Below are positions 39,478 to 48,679 of a DNA stretch of 64,000 nt, in pieces. The notes beneath the pieces were generated by a model that ran no database searches, was not told the DNA's origin, and worked only from the letters and a program-made list of their open reading frames with translations. Within the stretch, counting starts at the first letter, position 1. Every line of letters begins with the position of its first letter. The DNA comes from Chitinophagales bacterium (lineage in GTDB: Bacteria; Bacteroidota; Bacteroidia; Chitinophagales; LD1): contig JAXLUK010000005.1 of NCBI GenBank assembly GCA_046329555.1, positions 91,186 to 155,185 on the forward strand, read 5' to 3'. Made by a program: the position numbers and the translations under genes.

Positions 39478-40695
39478 GATGATTATGGCGGCTGCGGCAG
39501 CAGGCGCGAAAGTTGCAGCGGCCGCCTGCTGCCGCACCGCGCTTTTCACTTCAAGTCCTCACGCCGGCCGCAACTGCATCTCTCTTGACGGCTCCATTTG
39601 AAGACATCGTAAGTCTTTAAGACTTACGATGTCTTCAGGCCGGCGCTGCGGGCTTTTCGTTGCAATCGCTGCCGCTCGGCGCAAATACTTCGGGGCCACA
39701 ACCAAAACAATCATGACCATCCAGCGCCTTAAATCGTAAAATCGCAATAATACGGCAAGCAAGCAGTAGCAAGGGTTCCAGCCTAATTTTGTTTAAAGCT
39801 CAAAACCTTAAATAGGCAACTGCCTTTGCTCGACCCCCATAGAGGTCGCATCCCTGTAGCACCGAGATTCATCGAATCGTAAAATCGCAATAATACGATA
39901 AGCAATGGCGCGGGTTCCAGCCGATGCCACCCCCAAATCGTAATATTACGACAAGCATTCATGCGGGTTTTGGCCAAATCGTAGAATCGCAATAGTACGG
40001 TAACCCAGCAATGGCGAGGGTTTTAGCCTAAATCGTAAAATCGCAATAGTACGGTAAACGTGCCGTGACGAGGGTTTCAGGCCAGGTTGTCCTTTACCGC
40101 AAATCATTAAATACAGATACGCCTTTCGATACCGACCCCGTAGGGGTCGCATCCCTGTAGCACCGAGATTCAGCAATTCGTAAAATCGCAAAAATACGAT
40201 AAGCAATAGCGCGGGTTTCAGGCGATGTCACCCCCAAATCGTAATATTACGATAAGCATTCATGCGGGTTTTGGCCAAATCGTAGAATCGCAATAGTACG
40301 GTAACCCAGCAATGACGCGGGTTTTAGCATCTATCGTAAAATCGCAATAGTACGGTAAACGTGCCGTGACGAGGGTTTCGGCGCATCGGTAAATCTGAAA
40401 TGCATACCCAAGCGCAGCAGTTTTCAATTTACCACCTACCATTTGCCCTATCTTGTGGCGCAGTGGCCCTTAAATCGCGGCAAGGGGCGAAACGGAAAGC
40501 GTTTTTTGGGGCGGCGGCGTAAGACTTACGATATTGTAGTAAATAGCCCTTCATGGGGTAAATACGGTTTGAAATATCGTAAGTCTAGCTCGCCGCCCCC
40601 AAAAAACCTTGGGAGTGGAGCACCTGGCGCCGCACCCGCCTGCGTACACCCGCCTCAACTCAAACACCCGGTACGCAGGCGGCGCGGCGGCCGCC
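39478..40695 (-). mobile_element. Non-coding mosaic repeat element (BIME/MITE-like), copy 1, 1218 bp, 9 operator-like units
   Basis: Inverted homologue of 45421-46498. Motifs at 39741, 39884, 39937, 39986, 40040, 40185, 40238, 40287 and 40341; perfect 39-bp palindrome at 39599-39637. Mobility is inferred. Confidence 0.8.
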
Positions 40696-40738
40696 ATACT
40701 TTGATGTACATTCTCTTCAATTTCCCTAACTTCCCTTC

Positions 40739-41503
40739 ATGAAATTATCGCGCATTGATACTCGTGCTCCGAAAAAGTTGCACAAAGACAAAATCAAAAA
40801 TGAACTCATTAAACTTAAAATCAGGCTGGGCGAGTTGCAGAATGTTCTTTTCGCACAAGGTAAGCACAGTGTACTGGTGGTGCTTCAGGGCATGGATGCC
40901 TCGGGAAAAGATGGCGCCGTGCGCAAGGTGTTTGATGCGGTGAATCCCGCTGGTTGTAAGGTGTTCTCCTTCAAAAAACCTACCGATTTGGAAATGAAGC
41001 ACGACTTCCTGTGGCGGGTGCACCAAGTGGTGCCCGAAGCCGGCATGATTCATATTTTTAACCGCTCGCATTACGAAGATGTACTGATTCAACGGGTGCA
41101 TCATTGGGTAGATGAAAAAACCATTGCGCAACGGTTTAAACACATCAACGCCTTCGAAAAACTACTGACGCAAAACCATACCGTAGTACTCAAGTTTTAT
41201 CTTCATGTTTCGAAAGAAGAACAGTTGGTTCGACTGAAAGAGCGCATCAGCGATCCTACTAAAAACTGGAAATACAACGCCAATGATTTGCAGGAGCGGA
41301 AGTATTGGGACGACTACCGCAAAGCCTATGAAGATGTCTTTAAGGAATGTTCCAAAGCTGCGCCATGGCATATCATTCCGGCCGACGATAACTGGTACAA
41401 AGAGTATCTCATTTGTTCGGCCATCGTGCGCGAGCTCGAAAAACTATCGCTTGCTTTTCCCAAACTGCCAGCGCAGCCAGCTACCAGTAAAAAAACTAGC
41501 TAA
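40739..41503 (+). CDS. ppk2: PPK2-family polyphosphate kinase (polyP:nucleotide phosphotransferase)
   Basis: LQGMDASGKDG, HDFLWR, FNRSHYEDV, KFYLHVS and ADDNWY. Confidence 0.95.
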   Translation: MKLSRIDTRAPKKLHKDKIKNELIKLKIRLGELQNVLFAQGKHSVLVVLQGMDASGKDGAVRKVFDAVNPAGCKVFSFKKPTDLEMKHDFLWRVHQVVPEAGMIHIFNRSHYEDVLIQRVHHWVDEKTIAQRFKHINAFEKLLTQNHTVVLKFYLHVSKEEQLVRLKERISDPTKNWKYNANDLQERKYWDDYRKAYEDVFKECSKAAPWHIIPADDNWYKEYLICSAIVRELEKLSLAFPKLPAQPATSKKTS

Positions 41504-42215
41504 ACACCGCCTCCAGCACTTCATGCGATTTCAGCGCGCCGAAACCATCGATGTGCAATTGATAATATCGAAGCAAGGCGTTTAAGAGCTCGCGCCGCGC
41601 CGACTTGGGTATTGATTGCTGCGCCACAGTAGTTTGCATCAACTGGTGTAAATACGCGCTTAACGATTGGTTCAGCACGCGGTTCGACATCGAGCCGGCC
41701 GCTACAAAAACGCCTTCCTGCAAATCGAAGCACGGGGTTTCCGGCTCGAAATTATCGTGCGGACCAAACCCCAGCAGATGCGCATATTGTAACAGGAATT
41801 GCAAATGGAAAAACGGGGCAACTGTTGCCGCTTCATCCAGCGCCACCAACTGATCATACACCAACTCGAACAACTCCTCATGCACATCGTGCTCTTTTAG
41901 CGTTTTCGACACCACCTCAACCAGAAACAACGCCAGTCCTGATTTTACCGTATCGTAAGGAATGGTTTGAAAAGTAAATGCCCGGCGGAATTCGCGGATG
42001 CGCTGTAACGATTTATTGTCGCGCTGCGTGACATCTAACTCCAGCAACGACAACGGCCGCATCATCACGGCCTTGCTGAGGGTGCGTTGCGACCGCACCC
42101 CATTCACCAGGTATGACACCAGACCTGCCTTTTCCGTAAAAATGCGCGCAATCACACTCGTTTCCGAGTATTTGATGGATTGTAATACAATGCCGCGCGT
42201 TTTTAGTTCCACCAC
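41496..42215 (-). CDS. recO: DNA repair protein RecO
   Basis: TRGIVLQSIKYSETSVIARIFTEKAG, RPLSLLE and KSHEVL. Confidence 0.95.
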   Translation of the reverse strand: MVELKTRGIVLQSIKYSETSVIARIFTEKAGLVSYLVNGVRSQRTLSKAVMMRPLSLLELDVTQRDNKSLQRIREFRRAFTFQTIPYDTVKSGLALFLVEVVSKTLKEHDVHEELFELVYDQLVALDEAATVAPFFHLQFLLQYAHLLGFGPHDNFEPETPCFDLQEGVFVAAGSMSNRVLNQSLSAYLHQLMQTTVAQQSIPKSARRELLNALLRYYQLHIDGFGALKSHEVLEAVFS

Positions 42216-42254
42216 GCAATATTAGAGGAAATCAGGCAGCAGGCCTTTCCTTTC

Positions 42255-43160
42255 CTACGCCTTAAAATGTTTCGCGATGATTTCCGCTTTGTGCTCGCGG
42301 ATATTCTCCAGCAACGCAGCCGCGGCCGGACTCAACTTCTTCCCCTTCATCCAAACCAGGCGCCACATGGTTTGCAGCGGCAGGCCGGGATAGGGCAGCA
42401 CCTGTAAATCGCCGCTTTTGAGTTCGTTCTTCAAGCCAATCAACGGCATTATCGAATAGCCCAATCCGGCCATCACCGCCTGCTTCACCGCTTCATTTGA
42501 CGTCAGCTCCATAGCCGGTATTACCGAAGGCGCCTGTTTTCTGAGAAAGCGTTCCATCACCATGCGCGTAGCCGACCCCTGCTCTCTGAAAATCCAGGGC
42601 AACTGCGCCAGTTGCTTTCGCTGCAGGGGTTTTCGCGCCCGTTCTTTTCTTCCTACCAACACCAAATGATTGGGCATTAGGTTCACCTGGTCTAAGGCCA
42701 GCTTTTCAGGCAATACCGATACCAACGCAAAATCAGGCGTGTTTTGATGTAAAGCCTCTACTACCAATCCTTTGTTGGTAACATCCATAGCGATCTTCAC
42801 CCGCGGATGACACTGCACAAAATCACTGAGAAAATAGGGCATTACATATTTTCCGGTCGACACTACCGCTATGGAAACGCGACCCGTTAATTCGCCTGCT
42901 TGCTGCAACACCTGCTCTTCTATGGCATCCGCTTCGCGCAGCATGGTAGCCGCATGACTGGCTATCTGCTGACCAAGAGCCGTTACATACACCTGCCGGC
43001 CCACCACTTCCAGCAAGGGTGCACCGCATTGTTCCTGCAGGTTTTTTAGCTGGATGGAAATAGCCGGTTGCGTAAGGTGCATGTCTTGCGCCGTTTTCGA
43101 CATGCTGCGCGTAGCGCATACGCTTAGAAAAATGCGCAACTGATGTAAGGAAAGATGCAT
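42255..43160 (-). CDS. LysR-family regulator (CbbR/CysL-like)
   Basis: LHQLRIF...HLTQPAISIQLKNL HTH, REQGSATR and SNEAVKQAVMAGLG; divergent from icd. Confidence 0.95.
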   Translation of the reverse strand: MHLSLHQLRIFLSVCATRSMSKTAQDMHLTQPAISIQLKNLQEQCGAPLLEVVGRQVYVTALGQQIASHAATMLREADAIEEQVLQQAGELTGRVSIAVVSTGKYVMPYFLSDFVQCHPRVKIAMDVTNKGLVVEALHQNTPDFALVSVLPEKLALDQVNLMPNHLVLVGRKERARKPLQRKQLAQLPWIFREQGSATRMVMERFLRKQAPSVIPAMELTSNEAVKQAVMAGLGYSIMPLIGLKNELKSGDLQVLPYPGLPLQTMWRLVWMKGKKLSPAAAALLENIREHKAEIIAKHFKA

Positions 43161-43254
43161 ATCTCAATATAAATTAACGTTTATATTATAGATTAAAATT
43201 ATAAATTTTAATTTATGATTAAAGAACCGCCTCTTTGCATCACAAAATCAAACT

Positions 43255-44691
43255 ATGCAAAAAATAACTGTAGCCAAGGGCGATGGAATTGGCCCGGAGA
43301 TTATGGATGCCACGCTGAAGATTTTATTCGCAGCAGGCGCCAAAATTGAAGTGGAAGAGATTGAAGTAGGCGAGAAAGTATATCTGGCCGGAAACACCGC
43401 CGGTATTGCCAAAGAATCATGGGATAGCATCCGCCGCAACAAAGTTTTCTTAAAAGCCCCAATCACTACCCCGCAGGGCGGTGGTTACAAAAGCCTGAAC
43501 GTGACCACGCGCAAATTTTTGGGCTTGTACGCCAACGTTAGGCCGTGTGTCAGCTTCGATCCGTTTATCAAAACCAAGCATCCGAATATGGACGTGGTCA
43601 TTATCCGCGAGAACGAAGAAGATTTGTACGCTGGCATTGAGCACCAGCAAACCGACGAGGTAGTACAGTGCTTAAAGCTGATTAGCCGGCCGGGCTGCGA
43701 GAAAATTGTGCGCTACGCCTTTGAATATGCCCGTCAGTACAATCGCAAAAAAGTGACCTGCTTCACGAAAGACAATATCATGAAGCAAACTGATGGCTTG
43801 TTCCATCAGGTGTTTGATGAAATCGCGAAGGAATATCCCGAAATTGAAAACGAACACTGGATCATTGACATTGGCGCCGCAAAACTGGCTGATACACCAG
43901 AAGCGTTTGATGTGGTGGTGATGCCGAACCTGTACGGCGATGTATTGTCGGACGTAGCTGCGCAAATTGCCGGCTCTGTTGGTCTGGCCGGCTCTGCCAA
44001 CATCGGCGAAACCTGCGCCATGTTCGAAGCGATCCACGGTTCAGCACCGCGCCGCGCAGGCCAAAACATGGCTAACCCTTCCGGTTTATTGCAAGGTGCC
44101 ATCATGATGCTGAGTCATATCGGACAAAGCGATGTGGCTGAAAAAATTCAAAATGCGTGGCTGAAAACAATTGAAGACGGCCTGCACACCTACGACATCT
44201 TCAAAGAAGGTGTGAGCAAGCAAAAGTTAGGCACTTCAGAATTTGCCGATGCGGTGATTGCGAACTTAGGACAACAGCCTAAAACGTTGAAGGCGGTGCA
44301 TTATGGCGAAGCGAAGCCGATTCAACTACCAAAATACCAACGCAAGGAGAGCAAGAAAAAGGAGTTGGTTGGCGTAGATATTTTTGTTCAATGGAGTGGC
44401 TTGCGCGCCGACGAGTTGGCCGAAAAAGTGCAACAACTGAATGCCGATGGCGTGGCCTTGAGCATGATTACCAATCGCGGTATTAAAGTATGGCCAGAGG
44501 GATTTGAAGAAACCTTCTGCACCGACCACTGGCGCTGTCGTTTCAAGCCGGTGAACGGCCATCACATCAGCAAGCAGGAGATTATTCGGTTGCTGGCAAA
44601 GGCCGAGGAAATTCATTTGGACACCGTAAAAACAGAGAACCTGTATGAGTTCGATGGAAAGCCCGGCTTCTCGCTCGGACAAGGACAATAA
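43255..44691 (+). CDS. icd: Second NADP-dependent isocitrate dehydrogenase (long type with C-terminal extension)
   Basis: KGDGIGPEIM, KAPITTPQGGGYKSLNV, KDNIMK, PNLYGD, FEAIHGSAP and C-terminal MITNRG...FCTDHWRCRF. Confidence 0.95.
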   Translation: MQKITVAKGDGIGPEIMDATLKILFAAGAKIEVEEIEVGEKVYLAGNTAGIAKESWDSIRRNKVFLKAPITTPQGGGYKSLNVTTRKFLGLYANVRPCVSFDPFIKTKHPNMDVVIIRENEEDLYAGIEHQQTDEVVQCLKLISRPGCEKIVRYAFEYARQYNRKKVTCFTKDNIMKQTDGLFHQVFDEIAKEYPEIENEHWIIDIGAAKLADTPEAFDVVVMPNLYGDVLSDVAAQIAGSVGLAGSANIGETCAMFEAIHGSAPRRAGQNMANPSGLLQGAIMMLSHIGQSDVAEKIQNAWLKTIEDGLHTYDIFKEGVSKQKLGTSEFADAVIANLGQQPKTLKAVHYGEAKPIQLPKYQRKESKKKELVGVDIFVQWSGLRADELAEKVQQLNADGVALSMITNRGIKVWPEGFEETFCTDHWRCRFKPVNGHHISKQEIIRLLAKAEEIHLDTVKTENLYEFDGKPGFSLGQGQ

Positions 44692-44965
44692 CGAACTGCA
44701 ACTGCCGGCAAAATTCCCCTTGATTAAAGGGGAATTTTTGCCCTCGGAAGCGCGTGATTTACTGGTGAACCTGATTAACTCAAAAATTCAGTTTCATCAA
44801 ATGCGTTCTTTTAGTCACCGCGAGCGATTCGGCGAAGTAGACCATGCTTCTGAACAACGCATTGAGCAGCTCACACAGCAACGCCGCAATCTGCAACAAA
44901 TGCTGGAGCACGCGCAAGGCGTGTTATCGATTCGCGCTGAAATTGTGATGGAGAAAACGATTTAG
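44645..44965 (+). CDS. Small conserved hypothetical protein downstream of icd
   Basis: LIKGEF...EARDLL.NLINSKIQFH...S.RERFG pattern. The true start is probably downstream of 44645. Confidence 0.6.
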   Translation: MSSMESPASRSDKDNNELQLPAKFPLIKGEFLPSEARDLLVNLINSKIQFHQMRSFSHRERFGEVDHASEQRIEQLTQQRRNLQQMLEHAQGVLSIRAEIVMEKTI

Positions 44966-44971
44966 TATCAT

Positions 44972-45340
44972 TTACTTCTTAAAAGTGAAGTAAACCGCCA
45001 GCACCAGAAATCCAAAGCCAATGAGATGGTTGGTGCGCAGCGGTTGTTGCTTAAAGAATACCACGGTAAATAGCACAAAAACGCTAAGCGTAATTACTTC
45101 CTGAATAACTTTTAATTGCCACAAGGTAAATGGTCCGCCATTTTCAATAAATCCGATTTTATTGGCTGGCACTTGCGCACAATATTCAAAAAAGGCAATA
45201 GCCCAGCTGATGACTATTACCGCAAACAATCCTAACTGGCTAAACGCCGGATATTCTTTAAATTTCAGATGGCCATACCAGGCCATGGTCATAAAAATAT
45301 TCGAGGTAATCAACAGAAGAATGGTGTAAATGCCGCGCAT
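44972..45340 (-). CDS. DMT-superfamily small membrane protein (DUF486)
   Basis: SNIFMTMAWYGHLK, SWAIAFFEYC.QVPAN and LKVIQEVITL. Confidence 0.92.
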   Translation of the reverse strand: MRGIYTILLLITSNIFMTMAWYGHLKFKEYPAFSQLGLFAVIVISWAIAFFEYCAQVPANKIGFIENGGPFTLWQLKVIQEVITLSVFVLFTVVFFKQQPLRTNHLIGFGFLVLAVYFTFKK

Positions 45341-45420
45341 GATTCAAAGATGCAAAATTAGCGTACCATCGTCATCTTATTGTCCTGCAAGCATCGCTAT
45401 AACTGAATAGTTATTTTTTG

Positions 45421-46498
45421 GGCGGCCGCCGCGCCGCCTGCGTACCGGGTGTTTGAGTTGAGGCGGGTGTACGCAGGCGGGTGCGGCGCCAGGTGCTCCA
45501 CTCCCAAGGTTTTTTGGGGCGGCGAGCTAGACTTACGATATTTCAAACCGTATTTACCCCATGAAGGGCTATTTACTACAATATCGTAAGTCTTACACCG
45601 CCGCCCCAAAAAACGCTTTCCGTTTCGCCCCTTGCCGCGATTTAAGGGCCACTGCGCCACAAGATAGGGCAAATGGTAGGTGGTAAATTGAAAACTGCTG
45701 CGCTTGGGTATGCATTTCAGATTTACCGATGCGCCGAAACCCTCGCCACGGCTTGTTTACCGTACTATTGCGATTTTACGATAGATGCTGAAACCCGCGT
45801 CATTGCTGGGTTACCGTACTATTGCGATTCTACGATTTGGCCAAAACCCGCATGAATGCTTATCGTAATATTACGATTTGGGGGTGGCATTGGCTGGAAC
45901 CCGCACCATTGCTTATCGTATTATTGCGATTTTACGATTTGCTGAATCTCGGTGCTACAGGGATGCGACCCCTATGGGGTCGGTATCGAAAGGCGTATCT
46001 GTATTTAATGATTTGCGGTAAAGGACAATCTGGCCTGAAGCCCTCGTCACGGCACGTTTACCGTACTATTGCGATTTTACGATTTAGGCTGAAACCCGCG
46101 TCATTGCTGGGTTACCGTACTATTGCGATTCTACGATTTGGCCGAAACCCGCATGAATGCTTGTCGTAATATTACGATTTGGGGGTGGCATCGGCTGGAA
46201 CCCGCGCCATTGCTTGCTTGCCGTACTATTGCGATTTTACGATTTAAGGCGCTGGATGGTCATGATTGTTTTGGTTGTGGCCCCGAAGTATTTGCGCTGA
46301 GCGGCAGCGATTGCAACGAAAAGCCCGCAGCGCCGGCCTGAGGACATCGTAAGTCTTTAAGACTTACGATGTCTTCAAAGGGAGCCGTCAAGAGAGATGC
46401 CGTTGCGGCCGGCGTGAGGACTTGAAGTGAAAAGCGCGGTGCGGTAGCAGGCGGCCGCTGCAACTGATGCGCCTGCTGCCGCAGCCGCCAAAATCATC
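45421..46498 (+). mobile_element. Non-coding mosaic repeat element, copy 2, 1078 bp, 8 operator-like units
   Basis: Motifs at 45759, 45813, 45862, 45915, 46060, 46114, 46163 and 46220; terminal hairpin modules; near-perfect palindrome at 46339-46377. Confidence 0.8.
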
Positions 46499-46520
46499 GG
46501 TAGTTGTAAATAAACTTAGA

Positions 46521-47819
46521 TCAATCAAACTTGCGCTTCTGGAACCAAAGGTTGCTCAGCGTAAATCCGAAAAATACGCGATAGTAGTTTTCAGACAATA
46601 AGGTTTTGTCGCCTGTGTTGTGCGAGCCGATATCGGCGCTGATGTGAATGCGGGCCGCCTCGCGGAAGATAGCGCTGATGCGCACGGGCAAACTAATGCC
46701 TAAAGTACCGCCGTATTCTTTCAGTGTTTTTCCGGCGTAAACAATATTGGTATTGCCGTAGTAAGCACCGCCCTTGTATTGCACGCGCGCCAAAAAGTTT
46801 TTCGATTCCACATTAGGCACAATACCTAAGCCCAGCGATGCGCGCCAGCTATCGGCCAGTTTATCGGGATTGATTGGAGAGGAGAACTTACTCCATCCGG
46901 CATAGGTAAAATCAAATCCGGCAATCCACCACGCTTCATTGCCCACGGTGAAACCCAATCCAAAGTTATAAGGCATCACAATTTTTCCTTGCACATTGGC
47001 GTAACTCAGCGGCGTATCGATGATAATATCCGTTCCAGCCGAATTGGAGTAGTAGTAGCGTTCCCAGTTGTTGCTCAGTTTGGCGTTAAACTTAAGTCCG
47101 CCTGCGCCATACGCACCGGCGGTAAAATTGATATCGCTGTTGAGGGCGTTATCTGATGTTTTCTTCTTCAACCGTGTTTTGTATTGCACGCCAACGCTAT
47201 AATTAAAACCGCCCACGCGCGCTTGCGCGCTGTTGCGTGAATTCAGCGCCAGCAGGGAATCGGTAAACGCAAATCCGCGGTAGTAATCTAATCTGCCAAA
47301 AACATAACCTACGTTGATGCCAAACGAAAATCCTTTTACTTTAAATCCGGTGCCGATGTACACTTGCGACAGGCTGCCGCTGCCACGGTACACCTTGAAG
47401 GTATCGATATTGCTTTGCGTAAAGTTGTAATTCAGATTGGTGTAAGGTAACAAACCAATACTCATGCCCCAGCGGCCACGCCATAGTGGAAAGCCGAGCG
47501 CCAAATGGCTCATAGCGCCATTGAAGCCATTGTAAAGCGAATCCTTGGTGCGGATGGTAGCAGCATGGAGGCCGGCGCCTACTTCGAAAGAGGTAAGCGT
47601 TAACTCGCTATACGAAGCGGGATTGGTGGGGTTGAGGTACATGTGGCTACTGTACCCGGCGCCTATTTCTCCCAGGGCGCGGTTGCTGCTAAACGCATTG
47701 TTGTGCAGATAGCCTAACCCAAACCGCGAAAACGGCGAGCTAGATTGCGCCTGTGCTGGTTGCACACAAGCCAGCAGGATAAAGCAAAACACCACTGCAG
47801 TACGGCAGGCGGTATTCAT
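46521..47819 (-). CDS. Outer-membrane beta-barrel protein (FadL/OmpP1-like), commonly next to coaX
   Basis: Signal peptide, SPFSRFGLG, NPTNPASY and terminal WFQKRKFD. ATG at 47819. Confidence 0.75.
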   Translation of the reverse strand: MNTACRTAVVFCFILLACVQPAQAQSSSPFSRFGLGYLHNNAFSSNRALGEIGAGYSSHMYLNPTNPASYSELTLTSFEVGAGLHAATIRTKDSLYNGFNGAMSHLALGFPLWRGRWGMSIGLLPYTNLNYNFTQSNIDTFKVYRGSGSLSQVYIGTGFKVKGFSFGINVGYVFGRLDYYRGFAFTDSLLALNSRNSAQARVGGFNYSVGVQYKTRLKKKTSDNALNSDINFTAGAYGAGGLKFNAKLSNNWERYYYSNSAGTDIIIDTPLSYANVQGKIVMPYNFGLGFTVGNEAWWIAGFDFTYAGWSKFSSPINPDKLADSWRASLGLGIVPNVESKNFLARVQYKGGAYYGNTNIVYAGKTLKEYGGTLGISLPVRISAIFREAARIHISADIGSHNTGDKTLLSENYYRVFFGFTLSNLWFQKRKFD

Positions 47820-47859
47820 GAATCGCGCGGGCGACAAAAAAATACGATGCGAAAAACGG

Positions 47860-48567
47860 TTACGACTCATGATTGATAATTGCGTTCAGCCCTTCCAGGG
47901 CCAGCGCAGGGCGGGCAAATATGCTATTTTTCAGATGGGGCAGCAACATTGGCATATCGCCACCGGTCATAATAATCCTTAATTGAGGATAAAGCTGCTG
48001 ATAGCGCTCACAGAATCCATTTATTTCCAGTGCAGCGCCCAGTTGTGCGCCGGTTTGTAAAGAAGCTTCTGTGGTGGTGCCGGTAAGTTGCGGTGAGGTG
48101 GCCATGGGCGCCTGCGGCAACCGGTTGGTGAAGGTATGCATGGCGCGCAGGCGCATGGGTACGCCAGGCGAAATGGCGCCGCCGGCAAATGTTCCTGAGG
48201 CATCCAGAAAGTTATAGGTGATACAGGTGCCACAGGAAATCACCAGGCAGGGTTGCGCCGGAAACAGCGCCTGCGCTCCGGCCACCACCGCCAAGCGGTC
48301 GGCACCCAGGGTATCGGGCGTTTCGTAGGAAAGGTGAAATGGCAGGGGCGTTTTTGCCGTTAACCGATTGGCCGGCAAGCCGTGTTTTTCCAGCAGCTGT
48401 TGAAGCCCGGCTTCTGCTGCAACCGCGCAGTACAACACCCGTAGCAGCCGGTGCTGCTGCAGCGCTTTTTCCAGCGCTTCCAGTCCAAACCCTTCTGCTA
48501 TACATTCCTGCTGTTGAAAGAAGGCATATTTGAGTCGGGTATTACCGATATCTATACACAAATTCAC
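47860..48567 (-). CDS. coaX: Type III pantothenate kinase
   Basis: IDIGNTRLK, TLGADR, ISCGTCIT, GGAISPG and TGGD. Confidence 0.96.
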   Translation of the reverse strand: MNLCIDIGNTRLKYAFFQQQECIAEGFGLEALEKALQQHRLLRVLYCAVAAEAGLQQLLEKHGLPANRLTAKTPLPFHLSYETPDTLGADRLAVVAGAQALFPAQPCLVISCGTCITYNFLDASGTFAGGAISPGVPMRLRAMHTFTNRLPQAPMATSPQLTGTTTEASLQTGAQLGAALEINGFCERYQQLYPQLRIIMTGGDMPMLLPHLKNSIFARPALALEGLNAIINHES

Positions 48568-48624
48568 CGTTGCAAGGTAGGAAAAAGAACCGGGCGCAGC
48601 CGGTCACCGGCGTTCCAACAGGGC

Positions 48625-48657
48625 AAAAAAAATCCCGCCTGAAAACTCAGGCGGGAT
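48625..48657 (-). terminator. rpsA intrinsic terminator
   Basis: atcccgcctga-aaac-tcaggcgggat stem with an A-run on + (U-run on -). Confidence 0.88.
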
Positions 48658-48679
48658 GCTTTATAGCTGCGGGGATTGA

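Noticed and set aside
45733-46245. CRISPR array (24-27 bp repeats with 20-30 bp gaps; also 39741-40356 and 17679-17854)
   Set aside because: The gaps are homologous to each other and recur in a fixed a-b-c-d order, the repeats are degenerate, and no cas genes are in the window.
45397-46463. Short ORFs in the repeat elements (e.g. MRFYDLAKTRM..., MVGGKLKT..., MPYLVAQW...; also 39559-40742 and 17939-18271)
   Set aside because: They are translations of repeat DNA in several frames and differ by frameshifts and stops between copies, with no recognisable domain.
39478-46498. Autonomous IS or composite transposon
   Set aside because: No transposase, integrase or invertase is encoded in or between the repeats, and no target-site duplication is evident. 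Mobility would need an enzyme in trans.
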